This document shows, piece after piece, positions 26,633 through 37,530 of a stretch of DNA of 64,000 nt. A program made the position numbers and the translations under genes. Positions within the stretch are counted from its first letter, which is position 1, and each line of letters starts with the position of its first letter. Source of the DNA: Alphaproteobacteria bacterium (GTDB taxonomy: Bacteria; Pseudomonadota; Alphaproteobacteria; MPNO01); contig OZ219866.1 in the NCBI GenBank assembly GCA_964291675.2, positions 2,400,001 to 2,464,000 on the forward strand. The letters run 5' to 3'. The notes under the pieces are model-generated. The model was not told where the DNA came from, did no database searches, and saw only the letters and a list, made by a program, of their open reading frames with translations.

Positions 26633-27990
26633 ACCTCCACCGCCTGCTGCTGGAGCGCGAAGCGGAGGAGAACCCGGTCCGGGTCGGCATCCTCGGCTGC
26701 GGCAAGTTCGCCTCGATGTTCCTGGCCCAGGCGATCCGCACGCCCGGCATCCATGTCGCCGGGATCGCCGATCTCGACCCGGCGGGGGCGCGCGCCAACC
26801 TGGCGCGCATCGGCTGGCCGGCCGAGCGCTCGGCGGCCGCGGACCTCGATGCCGCGCTCGGTAGCGGCGGCACCTGGATCGGCGACGACATCGAGGCGCC
26901 GTTCCGCCACGGAGCCATCGACCTGGTGGTCGACGCCACCGGCGACCCGCAAGCTGGCCTGCGCCACGCGCTGCTGGCCTGCGAGACCGGCACGTCGATC
27001 GTCATGGTCAATGTCGAGGCCGACGCGCTCGCCGGGCCGCTGCTGGCCGAGAGGGCGCGCGCGGCCGGCATCGTCTACTCGCTCGCCTATGGCGACCAGC
27101 CGGCGCTGATCTGCGACCTGGTCGACTGGGCGCGGGCGAGCGGCTTCGAGGTGACGGCGGCGGGGCGGGGCCACAAATGGCTGCCCGAGTTCCAGTTCTA
27201 CACGCCGGACAATGTGTGGGACGGCTACGGGCTGACGGCGGACGACGCCCGGGAGGGCGGGCTCAACCCGAAAATGTTCACCTCCTTCCTCGACGGCACC
27301 AAGCCGGCGATCGAGAGCGCCGCGGTCGCCAACGCCACCGGCCTGACGGCGGCGCCGGACGGGCTCGCCTACCCGCCGGCCGGCATCGATGCGCTGCCCG
27401 AAATCTGCCGGCCGCGCGGCGAAGGCGGCGCGCTGCACCACAAGGGGCAGGTGGAGGTCGTGTCGTCGCTCGAACGCGACAGCCGGCCGCTCGACTACGA
27501 CATCCGCTTCGGCGTCTTCGTCGCCTTCGAGGCGGACAGCGACTACATCGCCCGCTGCTTTCGCGAATACGGCGTCAGGACCGATGAGACCGGCCGCTAC
27601 GCGGCGATGTACAAGCGCTGGCACCTGATCGGGCTGGAGCTCGGCATCAGCGTCGCCAGCGTCGCGCTCCGCGGCGAGCCGACGGGGGCGGCGACCGGCT
27701 GGCGGGCCGATGCGGTGGCCGTCGCCAAGCGCGACCTGCGGCCGGGCGAATCGCTCGACGGCGAGGGCGGCTACACCGTTTCCGGCCGGCTGATGCCGGC
27801 CGCGGCCTCGCTGGCGCAGGCCGCCCTGCCGATGGGGCTCACGCACGGCGTGCGCGTGGTCGCCCCGGTGGCGAAGGGCGGGCTCGTCCGCTGGTCGGAT
27901 GTGGCGGCCGACCCCGTCGATCCCGCGGTGCGGCTGCGTCGCGAAATGGAGGAACGCTACGGGCCGGCGCTCAGGGAGGCCGCCGAGTAG
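26629..27990 (+). CDS. Homoserine dehydrogenase-like NAD(P)-dependent oxidoreductase with C-terminal SAF domain (COG4091-type)
   Basis: VRVGILGCGKF, MVNVEAD, AYGDQP, SFLDGTK, AKRDLRPGESLDGEGGY; GTGA overlap with the upstream gene. Confidence 0.88.
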   Translation: MNLHRLLLEREAEENPVRVGILGCGKFASMFLAQAIRTPGIHVAGIADLDPAGARANLARIGWPAERSAAADLDAALGSGGTWIGDDIEAPFRHGAIDLVVDATGDPQAGLRHALLACETGTSIVMVNVEADALAGPLLAERARAAGIVYSLAYGDQPALICDLVDWARASGFEVTAAGRGHKWLPEFQFYTPDNVWDGYGLTADDAREGGLNPKMFTSFLDGTKPAIESAAVANATGLTAAPDGLAYPPAGIDALPEICRPRGEGGALHHKGQVEVVSSLERDSRPLDYDIRFGVFVAFEADSDYIARCFREYGVRTDETGRYAAMYKRWHLIGLELGISVASVALRGEPTGAATGWRADAVAVAKRDLRPGESLDGEGGYTVSGRLMPAAASLAQAALPMGLTHGVRVVAPVAKGGLVRWSDVAADPVDPAVRLRREMEERYGPALREAAE

Positions 27991-28008
27991 TCTGCCGGCG
28001 TCACCGGA

Positions 28009-29604
28009 TCATGCGGCCGCCTTGATCATGTCGGCCGCCTTCTCGCCGATCATGATGGCGGGCGCGTTGGTGTTGCCGCCGACGATCCTCGGCATGATCG
28101 AGCAGTCGGCGACCCGCAGCCCCTCGATTCCCCGGACGCGCAGCTCGGCATCGACCACCGCCATGTCGTCGGTCCCCATCTTGCAGGTGCCCACGGGGTG
28201 GAAGATCGTCGTCCCGAAACGCCGGATATAGGCGGCGAGGTCCTCGTCGGATTGAACCTGCTCGCCGGGCTCGACCTCGCGGGGCCGGTATTTGCCGAAC
28301 ACGTCGGCATGAATGATGCGCCGGCACTCCTTCAGCCCCTTGAGGAGCACCGCGAGGTCTTCCTCCTCGGAAAAGAAGCGGGGATCGATGACCGGGGCCG
28401 CGCCGGGATCGGACGAAGCAAGGCTCACCGTGCCGCGGCTCCTCGGGCGGAGCAGCACCGCGATGGCCGAATAGCCGTGGCCGCTCTCGATCATCTTGGG
28501 CGGCGGCGCGCGATGGCCGGGGATGAACACGAGCTGGATGTCGGGCCGGTCGAGCCCCGGCCCGGTGTGCATGAAGCCGCCCGACTCGATCAGGTTCGAC
28601 GAATAGATGCCGCGCCGCGCCAAGACGTATTTGATGGCATCCAGCGCGAGCGACGGCGCCTTGGGCCAGGAGAACCCCCAGGGAATCCGCGACTCCGTGC
28701 GCATCATCGCGTAGATCCCGATGTGGTCCTGCAGGTTCTTGCCGACACCCGGCAGGTGGTGGGCCGGCTCGATCCCGTGACCGGCGACTTCCCCCCGGTC
28801 GCCGATCCCAGATAGCATCAGGATCTTGGGCGATGCGATGGCCCCGGCCGAGAGTATGACCTCGCGGCGAGCCTCGGCCGCCCGCCCGTCGCCCAGATCG
28901 ACCCCGGTCGCGCGCCCGTTCTCCAGCCGGATCCGGCTCACCGCGGCGTCGGTCATGACGGTGAAGTTCCCGCGCTTCATCGCCGGGCGGACATAGGCCA
29001 TCGCGGTCGACCAGCGGCGCCCGTTCTTCTGGGTCACCTGGTGCTGCCCCACCCCCTCCTGCGCGTCCCCGTTGAAGTCGGGGTTGTGCCGGTGCTGGAG
29101 CGACTCCGCGGCGGCGACGAAATCCTTCTCCAGCGGGCTCGCGATGTTGCAGAAGGTGACGTTGAGCGGCCCGCCGGTGCCGTGGTGCTCGCTGTCGCCG
29201 TACTGTTCGTTGTTCTCCGCCTTGAGGAAATACGGCTTTACGTCGGCCCACGACCAGCCCGGATTGCCGAGCTCCGCCCATTCGTCGTAGTCGAGCGGGT
29301 TGCCGCGGATATAGACCATGGCGTTGATCGAGCTCGTCCCGCCCAGGGTCTTGCCGCGGGGGACGAAGATCTCGCGGCCGTTCATCGTCTCCTGCGGCTT
29401 GGAGAAGAACCGCCAGTTGACCTTGCGATGGCGGGGCAGGCGCATCACCCCCATGGGGACGTGGATGAAGGGGCTGCGGTCGGGCGGCCCCGCCTCGAGC
29501 AGGCATACCGAGACCGACGGGTCCTCGCTCAGCCGGTTGGCGATCACCGCCCCGGCCGAGCCGGCCCCGATGACGACGTAGTCGAATGCGGGCGTTCCGG
29601 TCAT
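28009..29604 (-). CDS. GMC oxidoreductase (choline/alcohol dehydrogenase-like)
   Basis: DYVVIGAGSAG, RGKTLGGTSSINAM, NLQDH, FHPVGTC, GNTNAP. Confidence 0.93.
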   Translation of the reverse strand: MTGTPAFDYVVIGAGSAGAVIANRLSEDPSVSVCLLEAGPPDRSPFIHVPMGVMRLPRHRKVNWRFFSKPQETMNGREIFVPRGKTLGGTSSINAMVYIRGNPLDYDEWAELGNPGWSWADVKPYFLKAENNEQYGDSEHHGTGGPLNVTFCNIASPLEKDFVAAAESLQHRHNPDFNGDAQEGVGQHQVTQKNGRRWSTAMAYVRPAMKRGNFTVMTDAAVSRIRLENGRATGVDLGDGRAAEARREVILSAGAIASPKILMLSGIGDRGEVAGHGIEPAHHLPGVGKNLQDHIGIYAMMRTESRIPWGFSWPKAPSLALDAIKYVLARRGIYSSNLIESGGFMHTGPGLDRPDIQLVFIPGHRAPPPKMIESGHGYSAIAVLLRPRSRGTVSLASSDPGAAPVIDPRFFSEEEDLAVLLKGLKECRRIIHADVFGKYRPREVEPGEQVQSDEDLAAYIRRFGTTIFHPVGTCKMGTDDMAVVDAELRVRGIEGLRVADCSIMPRIVGGNTNAPAIMIGEKAADMIKAAA

Positions 29605-29634
29605 TTCGGGTCTCCTCCCCGGCCCAGGCGCCGC

Positions 29635-30645
29635 TCAGGCGACGATCGGCCTGCGCCCGTGTACCGGGTAGCGGGGCCAGGTATAGCCCGGCGTCGCGGG
29701 GTGGCCGGGCGCCACCAGCCTGTCGCAGAACGCCTCGTCGCGCGCGGTGAACGCGGCGTCGAGCGCGCCCAGATAGGCCTCCCACTGCGCCACCGTGCGG
29801 GGACCCGCGATCACGCTCGAGACCAGCCGGTTGTTGAGCAGCCACCGCATCGCGAAATCGGCGACGCTGGTGCCGGCCGGGCCGATGCGGCGCTCGATCC
29901 TGGACACCACGCGGAACGCCTCCTTTTGCATGTCCCGGTTGAGGATGCTGGCATCGCCCCGCCCGGCACGGCTGTCGGCCGGCGGAGCGGTTTCGGGCCG
30001 GTACTTGCCCGTCAGCACGCCGCGGGCCAGCGGGGAGTAGGGCGCGACCCCGATCCCGTAATACTCGCAGGCCGGCAGCAGGTCGGACTCGGGCTGCCGG
30101 TTGACCAGGTTGTAGAGCGGCTGGGCGACCACCGGGCGCGGCGTGCCCAGCTTGTCGCAGAGCCGGATCAACTCGCCCACCTGCCAGGCGCGGTGATTGG
30201 AGAATCCCCAATAGGAGGCCTTGCCGCTGGCGATGATGTCGCCCATCGCGCCCACGCTCTCCTCCAGCGGCGTGTCCCAGTCCACATGGTGCATATAGTA
30301 GATGTCGACATGGTCGGTCCCCAGCCGGTCGAGCGACCGGTCGATCGCCTCCAGCATCCATTTCCGCGACAGCCCGCGCTTGCGTTCCGGCGGGCCGTCC
30401 TGCTGACCGACCTTGGTGGCCAGAATCCAGCTCTCCCGGTCCTCGGCGAGCAGCGCGGCCAGCATCTCCTCCGACTTCCCGCCGTTATAGGCATCGGCGG
30501 TGTCGATGAAGTTGACGCCGCGCTCGCGGGCGATCTCCACCATCCTGCGCGCCTCCGCCTCGCCCGTCGTGGCGCCGAAATTCATCGTGCCGAGACAGAC
30601 GGTCGAGACCCGAAGGCCGCTGTCGCCGAGATAGCGATAGTCCAT
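29635..30645 (-). CDS. Aldo/keto reductase
   Basis: LGTMNFG, FIDTADAY, LATKVG, DIYYMH, PYSPLARG; GGGAG SD before ATG 30645. Confidence 0.92.
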   Translation of the reverse strand: MDYRYLGDSGLRVSTVCLGTMNFGATTGEAEARRMVEIARERGVNFIDTADAYNGGKSEEMLAALLAEDRESWILATKVGQQDGPPERKRGLSRKWMLEAIDRSLDRLGTDHVDIYYMHHVDWDTPLEESVGAMGDIIASGKASYWGFSNHRAWQVGELIRLCDKLGTPRPVVAQPLYNLVNRQPESDLLPACEYYGIGVAPYSPLARGVLTGKYRPETAPPADSRAGRGDASILNRDMQKEAFRVVSRIERRIGPAGTSVADFAMRWLLNNRLVSSVIAGPRTVAQWEAYLGALDAAFTARDEAFCDRLVAPGHPATPGYTWPRYPVHGRRPIVA

Positions 30646-30823
30646 TTGTTTCTCCCAACGCGCCCACCGGGGTTGCCGTCCCCCGCACGCGGGACACACT
30701 ACCCGGACACCCCGCCGAGTCGACGGGGAAATCGATCTCCACGGTTGACTCGGTGCGGCGCGCGGTAACGACTCGTGGCGGGTTCGACCCGATCCGGCGA
30801 TCGGGACGGTTGGGAGCCGGCGC

Positions 30824-31699
30824 TTGGAGATCCTTCAGCTCGCGGTCAGCGGTCTTGCCAATGGCTGCATATACGGCCTGATCGCGCTCGGCTTCGTGCT
30901 GATCTACAAGGCGACCGAGCAGGTCAATTTCGCGCAGGGCGACCTGATGATGCTGGGCGCGTTTATCGCGCTCGGGCTCGGCAACGCCTCCCATGTGGGC
31001 GCGCCGTTCTGGGCCGCCTGCGCCGGGGCGATACTCGCGATGGCGGCGATCGGGTGGCTGCTGGAGCGCGCGGTCCTGCGTCCGATCCTGGGGCAGCCAC
31101 AGATCGCGGTGATGATCCTGACGATCGCGCTCGGCTTCGTGCTGCGCTTCCTTGCGGGCGCCATCTGGGGCCACGACCCGCTGGCGCTGGAAACCCCGAT
31201 CGCCGGCGCGAATCTGCGCTTCGGCGGGCTGATCCTGGGGGCGGACGAGATTGCCGCGATCGTCGTCACGCTGCTCCTGACCGGGCTTCTCTTCGCCTTC
31301 TTCAGCCGCACCCGGCTCGGCGTCGCCATGCAGGCGTCGAGCCAGAACCAGCTCGCCGCCTACTACATGGGCATCCCGGTGAAGCGGATACACGGGCTGA
31401 CCTGGGCGCTGGCCGGCGCGACGGCGGCGGTGGCCGGGATCCTGTTCGCCTCCAAGGGCTCGATAGACCCGGGCACCGGCTTTCTCGGCATCAAGGCGTT
31501 CGCCGCCGCCGTGATCGGTGGGTTCGGGTCGCTGCCCGGGGCGTTGGCGGGCGGGCTGATCGTCGGGCTGATCGAGCCCTTCGCGAGCCGCTACGTCTCC
31601 GCCGGCTACGCACAGATCGCACCCTATGCGGCGATGATCCTGGTGCTGATCGTCCGCCCGCACGGCATTTTCGCGCAGGTGCGCGCGAAGAAGGTCTGA
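30824..31699 (+). CDS. livH: Branched-chain amino acid-type ABC permease (LivH-like)
   Basis: GCIYGLIALGFVLIY..VNFAQG, AFAAAVIGGFGS, RPHGIF. Confidence 0.9.
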   Translation: MEILQLAVSGLANGCIYGLIALGFVLIYKATEQVNFAQGDLMMLGAFIALGLGNASHVGAPFWAACAGAILAMAAIGWLLERAVLRPILGQPQIAVMILTIALGFVLRFLAGAIWGHDPLALETPIAGANLRFGGLILGADEIAAIVVTLLLTGLLFAFFSRTRLGVAMQASSQNQLAAYYMGIPVKRIHGLTWALAGATAAVAGILFASKGSIDPGTGFLGIKAFAAAVIGGFGSLPGALAGGLIVGLIEPFASRYVSAGYAQIAPYAAMILVLIVRPHGIFAQVRAKKV

Positions 31700-31703
31700 G
31701 CCG

Positions 31704-32800
31704 ATGCGGGTGCATTTGAAGACCGGCTACGAGCACGACATCCGCCTGTTCCCCGACAGCCGCGAAGCGCTGCGCTACGCGGCACTGGTCGCCGTCGCCG
31801 CAGCGCTTCCCCTGCTGCTCGACGACTTCCTGATCGGCGAGGCGACCAACGTGCTGATCTGGGCGATCGCCGGGATGGGGCTGATGCTGCTGACCGGGCA
31901 TGCCGGGCAGCCCAGCCTCGGCCACGCGGCGTTCCTCGCCGCCGGCTGCTATGCCAACGCCATCCTGATGGACCGTTTCGGCCTGCCTTTCCTCGTCTCG
32001 TTTCCGCTGGCCGGGATCGTCACCGGTCTGATCGGCGTGCTGATCGCCATCCCGGCGCTCCGGCTGCACGGCATCTATCTCGCCATCGCGACATTGGCGC
32101 TCTCCATCCTGACCGAGGACATCGTCGTGCTGGCCGAGCCCTGGACCGGCGGCGTGGTCGGCATGACGGCGCCGGCAATCTCGATCGCCGGGTGGGAGGT
32201 CGACCGGCTGGCCTCGCCCGACCGGTTCTACTGGCTCTGCCTCGCCGTCGCCGTGCTGGTGACGCTCGGCTACCGCAACATCCTGCGCGCGCCGCTCGGA
32301 CGCGCGTTCGTGGCGATCCGCGATTCCGAGATCTCGGCCCAGGCCATGGGGGTGGACCCGGCGCGGACCAAGGCGGCGGCCTTCGGGCTGTCCTGCATGA
32401 CCACCGGCTGGGCCGGCGCGCTGATGGGGCATTTCTTCTTCACCTTCAACCACGAGGTCTTCACCGTGGTGATCTCGATCCAGCTCCTGCTGATGATCGT
32501 GATCGGCGGTCTCGGCTCGATCCAGGGCGCCTATTACGGCGCGGCGGTCGTCGGCATCGTGCCGCAGGCGATCAACCTCGCGCGCGACGGGATCGCCGGG
32601 GCGCTCGGCGGCGGCGCGGTCGCGATCCCCGGACTCGAAGCCGGAATTTTCGGGCTGATCCTGATAGTCTTCATCCTGTTCGAGCCGCTCGGCATCCACG
32701 GGCGGCTCGTCAAGTGGAGACTCTATTTCGAGCTGTTCCCGTTCTACCGCCGCGACATGTTTCGCCGTCAACGAAGCTATTTGAAGACCGAGCGGCTGCG

Positions 32801-32804
<4 letters not shown>
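31704..32804 (+). CDS. livM: Branched-chain amino acid-type ABC permease (LivM-like)
   Basis: GQPSLGHAAF, LRLHGIYLAIATL, GRAFVAIRDSE, IGGLGS. Confidence 0.9.
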
Positions 32805-33570
<766 letters not shown>

Positions 33571-33574
<4 letters not shown>

Positions 33575-34344
33575 GCGATGCGCTTCTGGAGGTCCGCAAT
33601 CTGGAGAGCTTCTACGGGCCGATCATGGCGATCCGCGGCGTGAGCCTCGACGTCCGCGAGGGCAGCACGGTCGCGGTGCTGGGCGCGAACGGGGCGGGAA
33701 AGACCACCCTGCTGCGCACCATCTCCGGCATCATGGACCCGGAGAAGGGCGAGATTCGCCTGGCGGGCGAGCCCATCGCGGGCGGCGATCCGGACCGGAT
33801 CGTGCGGAAGGGCGTCGTCCACGTGCCCGAGGGGCGGGAGGTGTTTCCCCTGCTCAGCGTCGAGGAGAATCTCCGGATGGGCGCCTATACGCGCCGGGAC
33901 GACGGGGTGGACGGCGACTTCGAAACGGTGCTGCGCTACTTCCCGGTGCTGAAGGCGCGTCTCGGCCAGCCCGCCGGCACGCTGTCCGGCGGCGAACAGC
34001 AGATGCTGGCGATCGCGCGCGGGCTGATGGCGCGCCCCAAAATCATGTTGCTGGACGAGCCCTCGCTCGGTCTCTCGCCCATCATGGTGCGCGATATCTT
34101 CGCCATCATCCGCCGCCTCAAGGACGAGCGCGGCGTGACCATGCTCCTGGTCGAGCAGAACGCCCGGATGGCGCTCGGCGTCGCGGATTTCGGCTATGTC
34201 ATGGAGACCGGACAGATCGTGATGGACGGCCCGGCCGGCCGGCTCGAACGGAGCCGCGACGTCCAGGAGTTCTATCTCGGCGCGCGCGAGGCGGGCGTGT
34301 TCGCCGAGCGGCGCTGGAAGCGCCGCAAGACCTGGCGATCGTGA
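33571..34344 (+). CDS. livF: ABC ATP-binding protein (LivF-like)
   Basis: GANGAGKT, VPEGR, LSGGEQQM, LDEPSLGL, VEQN. Confidence 0.92.
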
Positions 34345-34352
34345 GGCGGGCG

Positions 34353-36182
34353 ATGGATTACGGCGACCATGCCCCATGCAGCATCGACGGCTGCGACACC
34401 CTGGCGAAGCTGTTCCTCGAGCGCTGCGCGGCGCTCGGCGAACGGACGGCGCACCGGGAGAAGACGCTCGGCGTGTGGCAGAGCCATTCCTGGACGGCGT
34501 TTCTCGACTCCGCCCGCGCGATCGGGCTCGGGCTCGCCGCGCTCGGGCTGGAGCGGGGCGAGGTCGTCTCCATCCTCTCCGAGGACAACAAGGAGTGGAT
34601 CTATGCCGATCTCGGCGTGCAGTGCATGGGCGGCATCGTCTCCGGCGTCTATCCGACCGACAGCGCCGGGCAGGTGGCGTTCCTGCTCCAGGATTCCGCG
34701 AGCCGCTTCCTGATCGTCGAGAACGCGGAACAGCTCGACAAGTTCCTGCAAATCCGCGGCCGGGTTCCGGGGATCCGGAAATGCGTCGTCATCGACCGCG
34801 AGGGGCTGCACGATTTCGACGATCCCGAGATCCTGTTCCTCGGCGAGCTCTGCGCGATCGGCCGCGAGGCGCACGACCGGGAACCCGACCGCTTCCGGTG
34901 CGAGGTCGAGGCCTCGCGCCCCGACGATACCGCGATCCTGATCTACACCTCCGGCACCACCGGCAGGCCCAAGGGCGCGATGATCTCGCACCGCAACATC
35001 CTCTGCTCGGCGGCCTCCGCGCTCGATGCGCTGCCCACCAGGGAGGGGGACGAGCAGCTCTGCTTCCTGCCGCTCTGCCACGTGCTCGAGCGGCTGGTAT
35101 CGGTGTTCGTCCCGATCGCGGCGAAGTCGGTGGTGAACTTCGCGGAGAGCGTCGAGACGGTGTTCGACAATCTGCGCGAGGTCTCGCCGGCATCGTTTAC
35201 CGCGGTCCCGCGGATCTGGGAGAAGATCCACTCCCGGGTCTCGCTGATGTCGCAGGAAGCCACCGCGACCGGAAGCTGGGCCTATCGGCGGGCGCTGGCA
35301 TGCGGGATGGCGCGCGCGGAATGCCTGCTGGAAGGACGGCCGGTCCCTCGGCCGCTGAAGCTGCGCTACCGGTTCTGGGACCGGCTGGTGCTGGCCAATC
35401 TCAGGCGCATGACCGGCCTCGACGGCGCGCGCTATATCGCAACCGGGGCGGCGCCGATATCGCCCGACCTCGTCAAGTGGTACTGGGCGATCGGCCTGGT
35501 CATGCTGGAAGGCTACGGCCAGACCGAGAGCTCGGGCGTCCTTTCGGTGAACCTGCCGGACCGCCTTGCGCTCGGCTCGGTCGGTCCCGCGGTCCCCGGC
35601 GTGGAGATGAAAATCGCCGCCGACGGGGAGATCCTCGCCAGGGGCCCGCTCGTGTTCCAGGGCTACTGGAACGATCCCGCGCTCACCGCCGAGACCGTCC
35701 GCGACGGGTGGCTGCACACCGGCGACGTCGGATTCGTGGACAATCGCGGCTTCTTCTGGATTACCGGGCGCATCAAGGACATCATCATCACCGCCGGCGG
35801 GAAGAACGTCAGCCCCGCGGGGATCGAGAACCGGATGAAGTTTTCGCCCTATGTCTCGGACGCGATCGTGGTCGGCGACAGGCGCCGCTACCTCACCGCG
35901 CTGGTCATGATCGACCGGGAGAACGTGGAGCGGTTCGCGCAGGAGAACCGCGTGCCGTTCTCGGACTACGCCTCGCTCTGTGCCGCGCCGCCGGTGCGCG
36001 CGCTGATCCGCGGCGAGATCGAGGCGGTCAATGCCGGCCTCGCCCCGGTGGAGCAGGTCAAGGACTTCCGGCTGATCGACATCGTCCTGACCGCCGAGGA
36101 CGACGAGATGACGCCGACCATGAAGCTTCGGCGCGGCTTCGTCGAACGCCGGCACGAAGCGTTGATCGCACAAATGTATTGA
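34353..36182 (+). CDS. Long-chain fatty acid-CoA ligase (AMP-binding)
   Basis: YTSGTTGRPKG, FLPLCH, EGYGQTE, WLHTGD, GRIKD, TPTMK. Start is 34341 (GTG) or 34353 (ATG). Confidence 0.9.
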   Translation: MDYGDHAPCSIDGCDTLAKLFLERCAALGERTAHREKTLGVWQSHSWTAFLDSARAIGLGLAALGLERGEVVSILSEDNKEWIYADLGVQCMGGIVSGVYPTDSAGQVAFLLQDSASRFLIVENAEQLDKFLQIRGRVPGIRKCVVIDREGLHDFDDPEILFLGELCAIGREAHDREPDRFRCEVEASRPDDTAILIYTSGTTGRPKGAMISHRNILCSAASALDALPTREGDEQLCFLPLCHVLERLVSVFVPIAAKSVVNFAESVETVFDNLREVSPASFTAVPRIWEKIHSRVSLMSQEATATGSWAYRRALACGMARAECLLEGRPVPRPLKLRYRFWDRLVLANLRRMTGLDGARYIATGAAPISPDLVKWYWAIGLVMLEGYGQTESSGVLSVNLPDRLALGSVGPAVPGVEMKIAADGEILARGPLVFQGYWNDPALTAETVRDGWLHTGDVGFVDNRGFFWITGRIKDIIITAGGKNVSPAGIENRMKFSPYVSDAIVVGDRRRYLTALVMIDRENVERFAQENRVPFSDYASLCAAPPVRALIRGEIEAVNAGLAPVEQVKDFRLIDIVLTAEDDEMTPTMKLRRGFVERRHEALIAQMY

Positions 36183-36201
36183 CCGGAGAAGGAGACCGGA
36201 A

Positions 36202-37353
36202 ATGAGAATTTCGAGGATACTCGCCATCGCGGCGTTCGCCGCGACGCCCGCCTTGGCGGACCAGGGCGTGAGCGACAACGAAGTCGTCATCGGTTCGGTC
36301 AGCGACCTGTCCGGACCCTTCGCCGCCTTCGGCGCGCCCTCCGTCAAGGCCGCGCAGATGCATTTCGAGGCGGTGAACGCGGCCGGCGGCGTGCACGGCC
36401 GGAAGATCCGTTTCGTCGTCGAGGACAGCTCCTACCAGATGCCGAAGGCGCTGCAGGGCTACAACAAGCTGGTCAACCGCGACAAGGTGTTCGCGATGCT
36501 GCTCTCGCTCGGCACGCCGATGAACCTCGCCGGGTTCAAGCTGACGACCCCGAAGAACATCCCTAACGTCTTCCCGATGTCGTCGGCGCGGCAGATACTG
36601 AACGAGCCCGTCCGGCTGCGCTTCGCGGGCGGCGGCTTCTACTACGACCAGCTTCGCCAGGCGGCCCGCTACATGGCCAGAACGCATGGCGTCTCGAAGC
36701 TGTGCACGATGTACATCCCGACCGATTTCGGCAAAGAGATCAAGGCCGGGCTGGTCGACGAGGCCGCCGCCAACGCCGCGCTGACCTATGTCTCGGAGAC
36801 CGCGCACAAGCTGGACGAGGCGGACTTCGTCGGCTCCTTGCAGAAGCTGAAGGCGGGGGGATGCCAGATGATCGGCCTCGCGCTCGGCATTCGCCAGACC
36901 ATCACCGTGCTGGGAACCGCGAAGAAGCTCGGCCTTGCCGGCATCAAATTCGTCGGCTCGGCGGGCGCGTTTCACACCGTGATCGCCAAGGTGCCCGGCG
37001 GAGTCACCGAGGGCTTCTATGCCGCCGCGGGCTGGTCCGACCTCGCCTCGCGGGCCGACCGCAAGGAGCCGGCGGCCTTCATCGCGGCCTACAAGAAGGC
37101 GCACGGCGAGTTTCCCGGCACCGGCGCGCTGCTGGGCTATGCCGGCGCGGTGGAATTCACCATGGCGCTGGAGAAGGCGGGGCGCGCGCTCGACGTCGAC
37201 AGCTTCCTGAAGGCGATGGAGAGCCTCGACTACTACAATCCCTATCTCGACGCCCAGGTCTCGTATTCCGCCGACGACCATCAGGGCGCCGACTCCACGG
37301 TGCTCTCGGTGGTCGAAAAGGGCGGCTGGAAGGAGGTCGCGCGCTTCGAGTAA
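36202..37353 (+). CDS. ABC substrate-binding protein (LivJ/K-like periplasmic binding protein)
   Basis: Signal peptide; QGVSDNEVVIG..DLSGP, NAAGGVHGRKI; AAGGAG SD. Confidence 0.9.
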   Translation: MRISRILAIAAFAATPALADQGVSDNEVVIGSVSDLSGPFAAFGAPSVKAAQMHFEAVNAAGGVHGRKIRFVVEDSSYQMPKALQGYNKLVNRDKVFAMLLSLGTPMNLAGFKLTTPKNIPNVFPMSSARQILNEPVRLRFAGGGFYYDQLRQAARYMARTHGVSKLCTMYIPTDFGKEIKAGLVDEAAANAALTYVSETAHKLDEADFVGSLQKLKAGGCQMIGLALGIRQTITVLGTAKKLGLAGIKFVGSAGAFHTVIAKVPGGVTEGFYAAAGWSDLASRADRKEPAAFIAAYKKAHGEFPGTGALLGYAGAVEFTMALEKAGRALDVDSFLKAMESLDYYNPYLDAQVSYSADDHQGADSTVLSVVEKGGWKEVARFE

Positions 37354-37397
37354 CGCGCTGGAGCCTCTCCTTTCTGGATGGAACCGAAGCGGCGTCG

Positions 37398-37507
37398 CGT
37401 CCCTCGATACGGCGCTTCGCGCCTACTCGGGATGAGGGAGGGTTATTGAGGCCGCCCTACATCCCTCCTCATCCTGAGTAGCCCCCGAAGGGGGCGTATC
37501 GAAGGAC
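37398..37507 (-). repeat. Intergenic palindromic REP/REPIN-like element, copy B
   Basis: Arms are the reverse complement of copy A; 29-nt unrelated spacer; lies between convergent genes. Confidence 0.9.
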
Positions 37508-37530
37508 AGCCCCGGCCGCGGCGGGGAATC

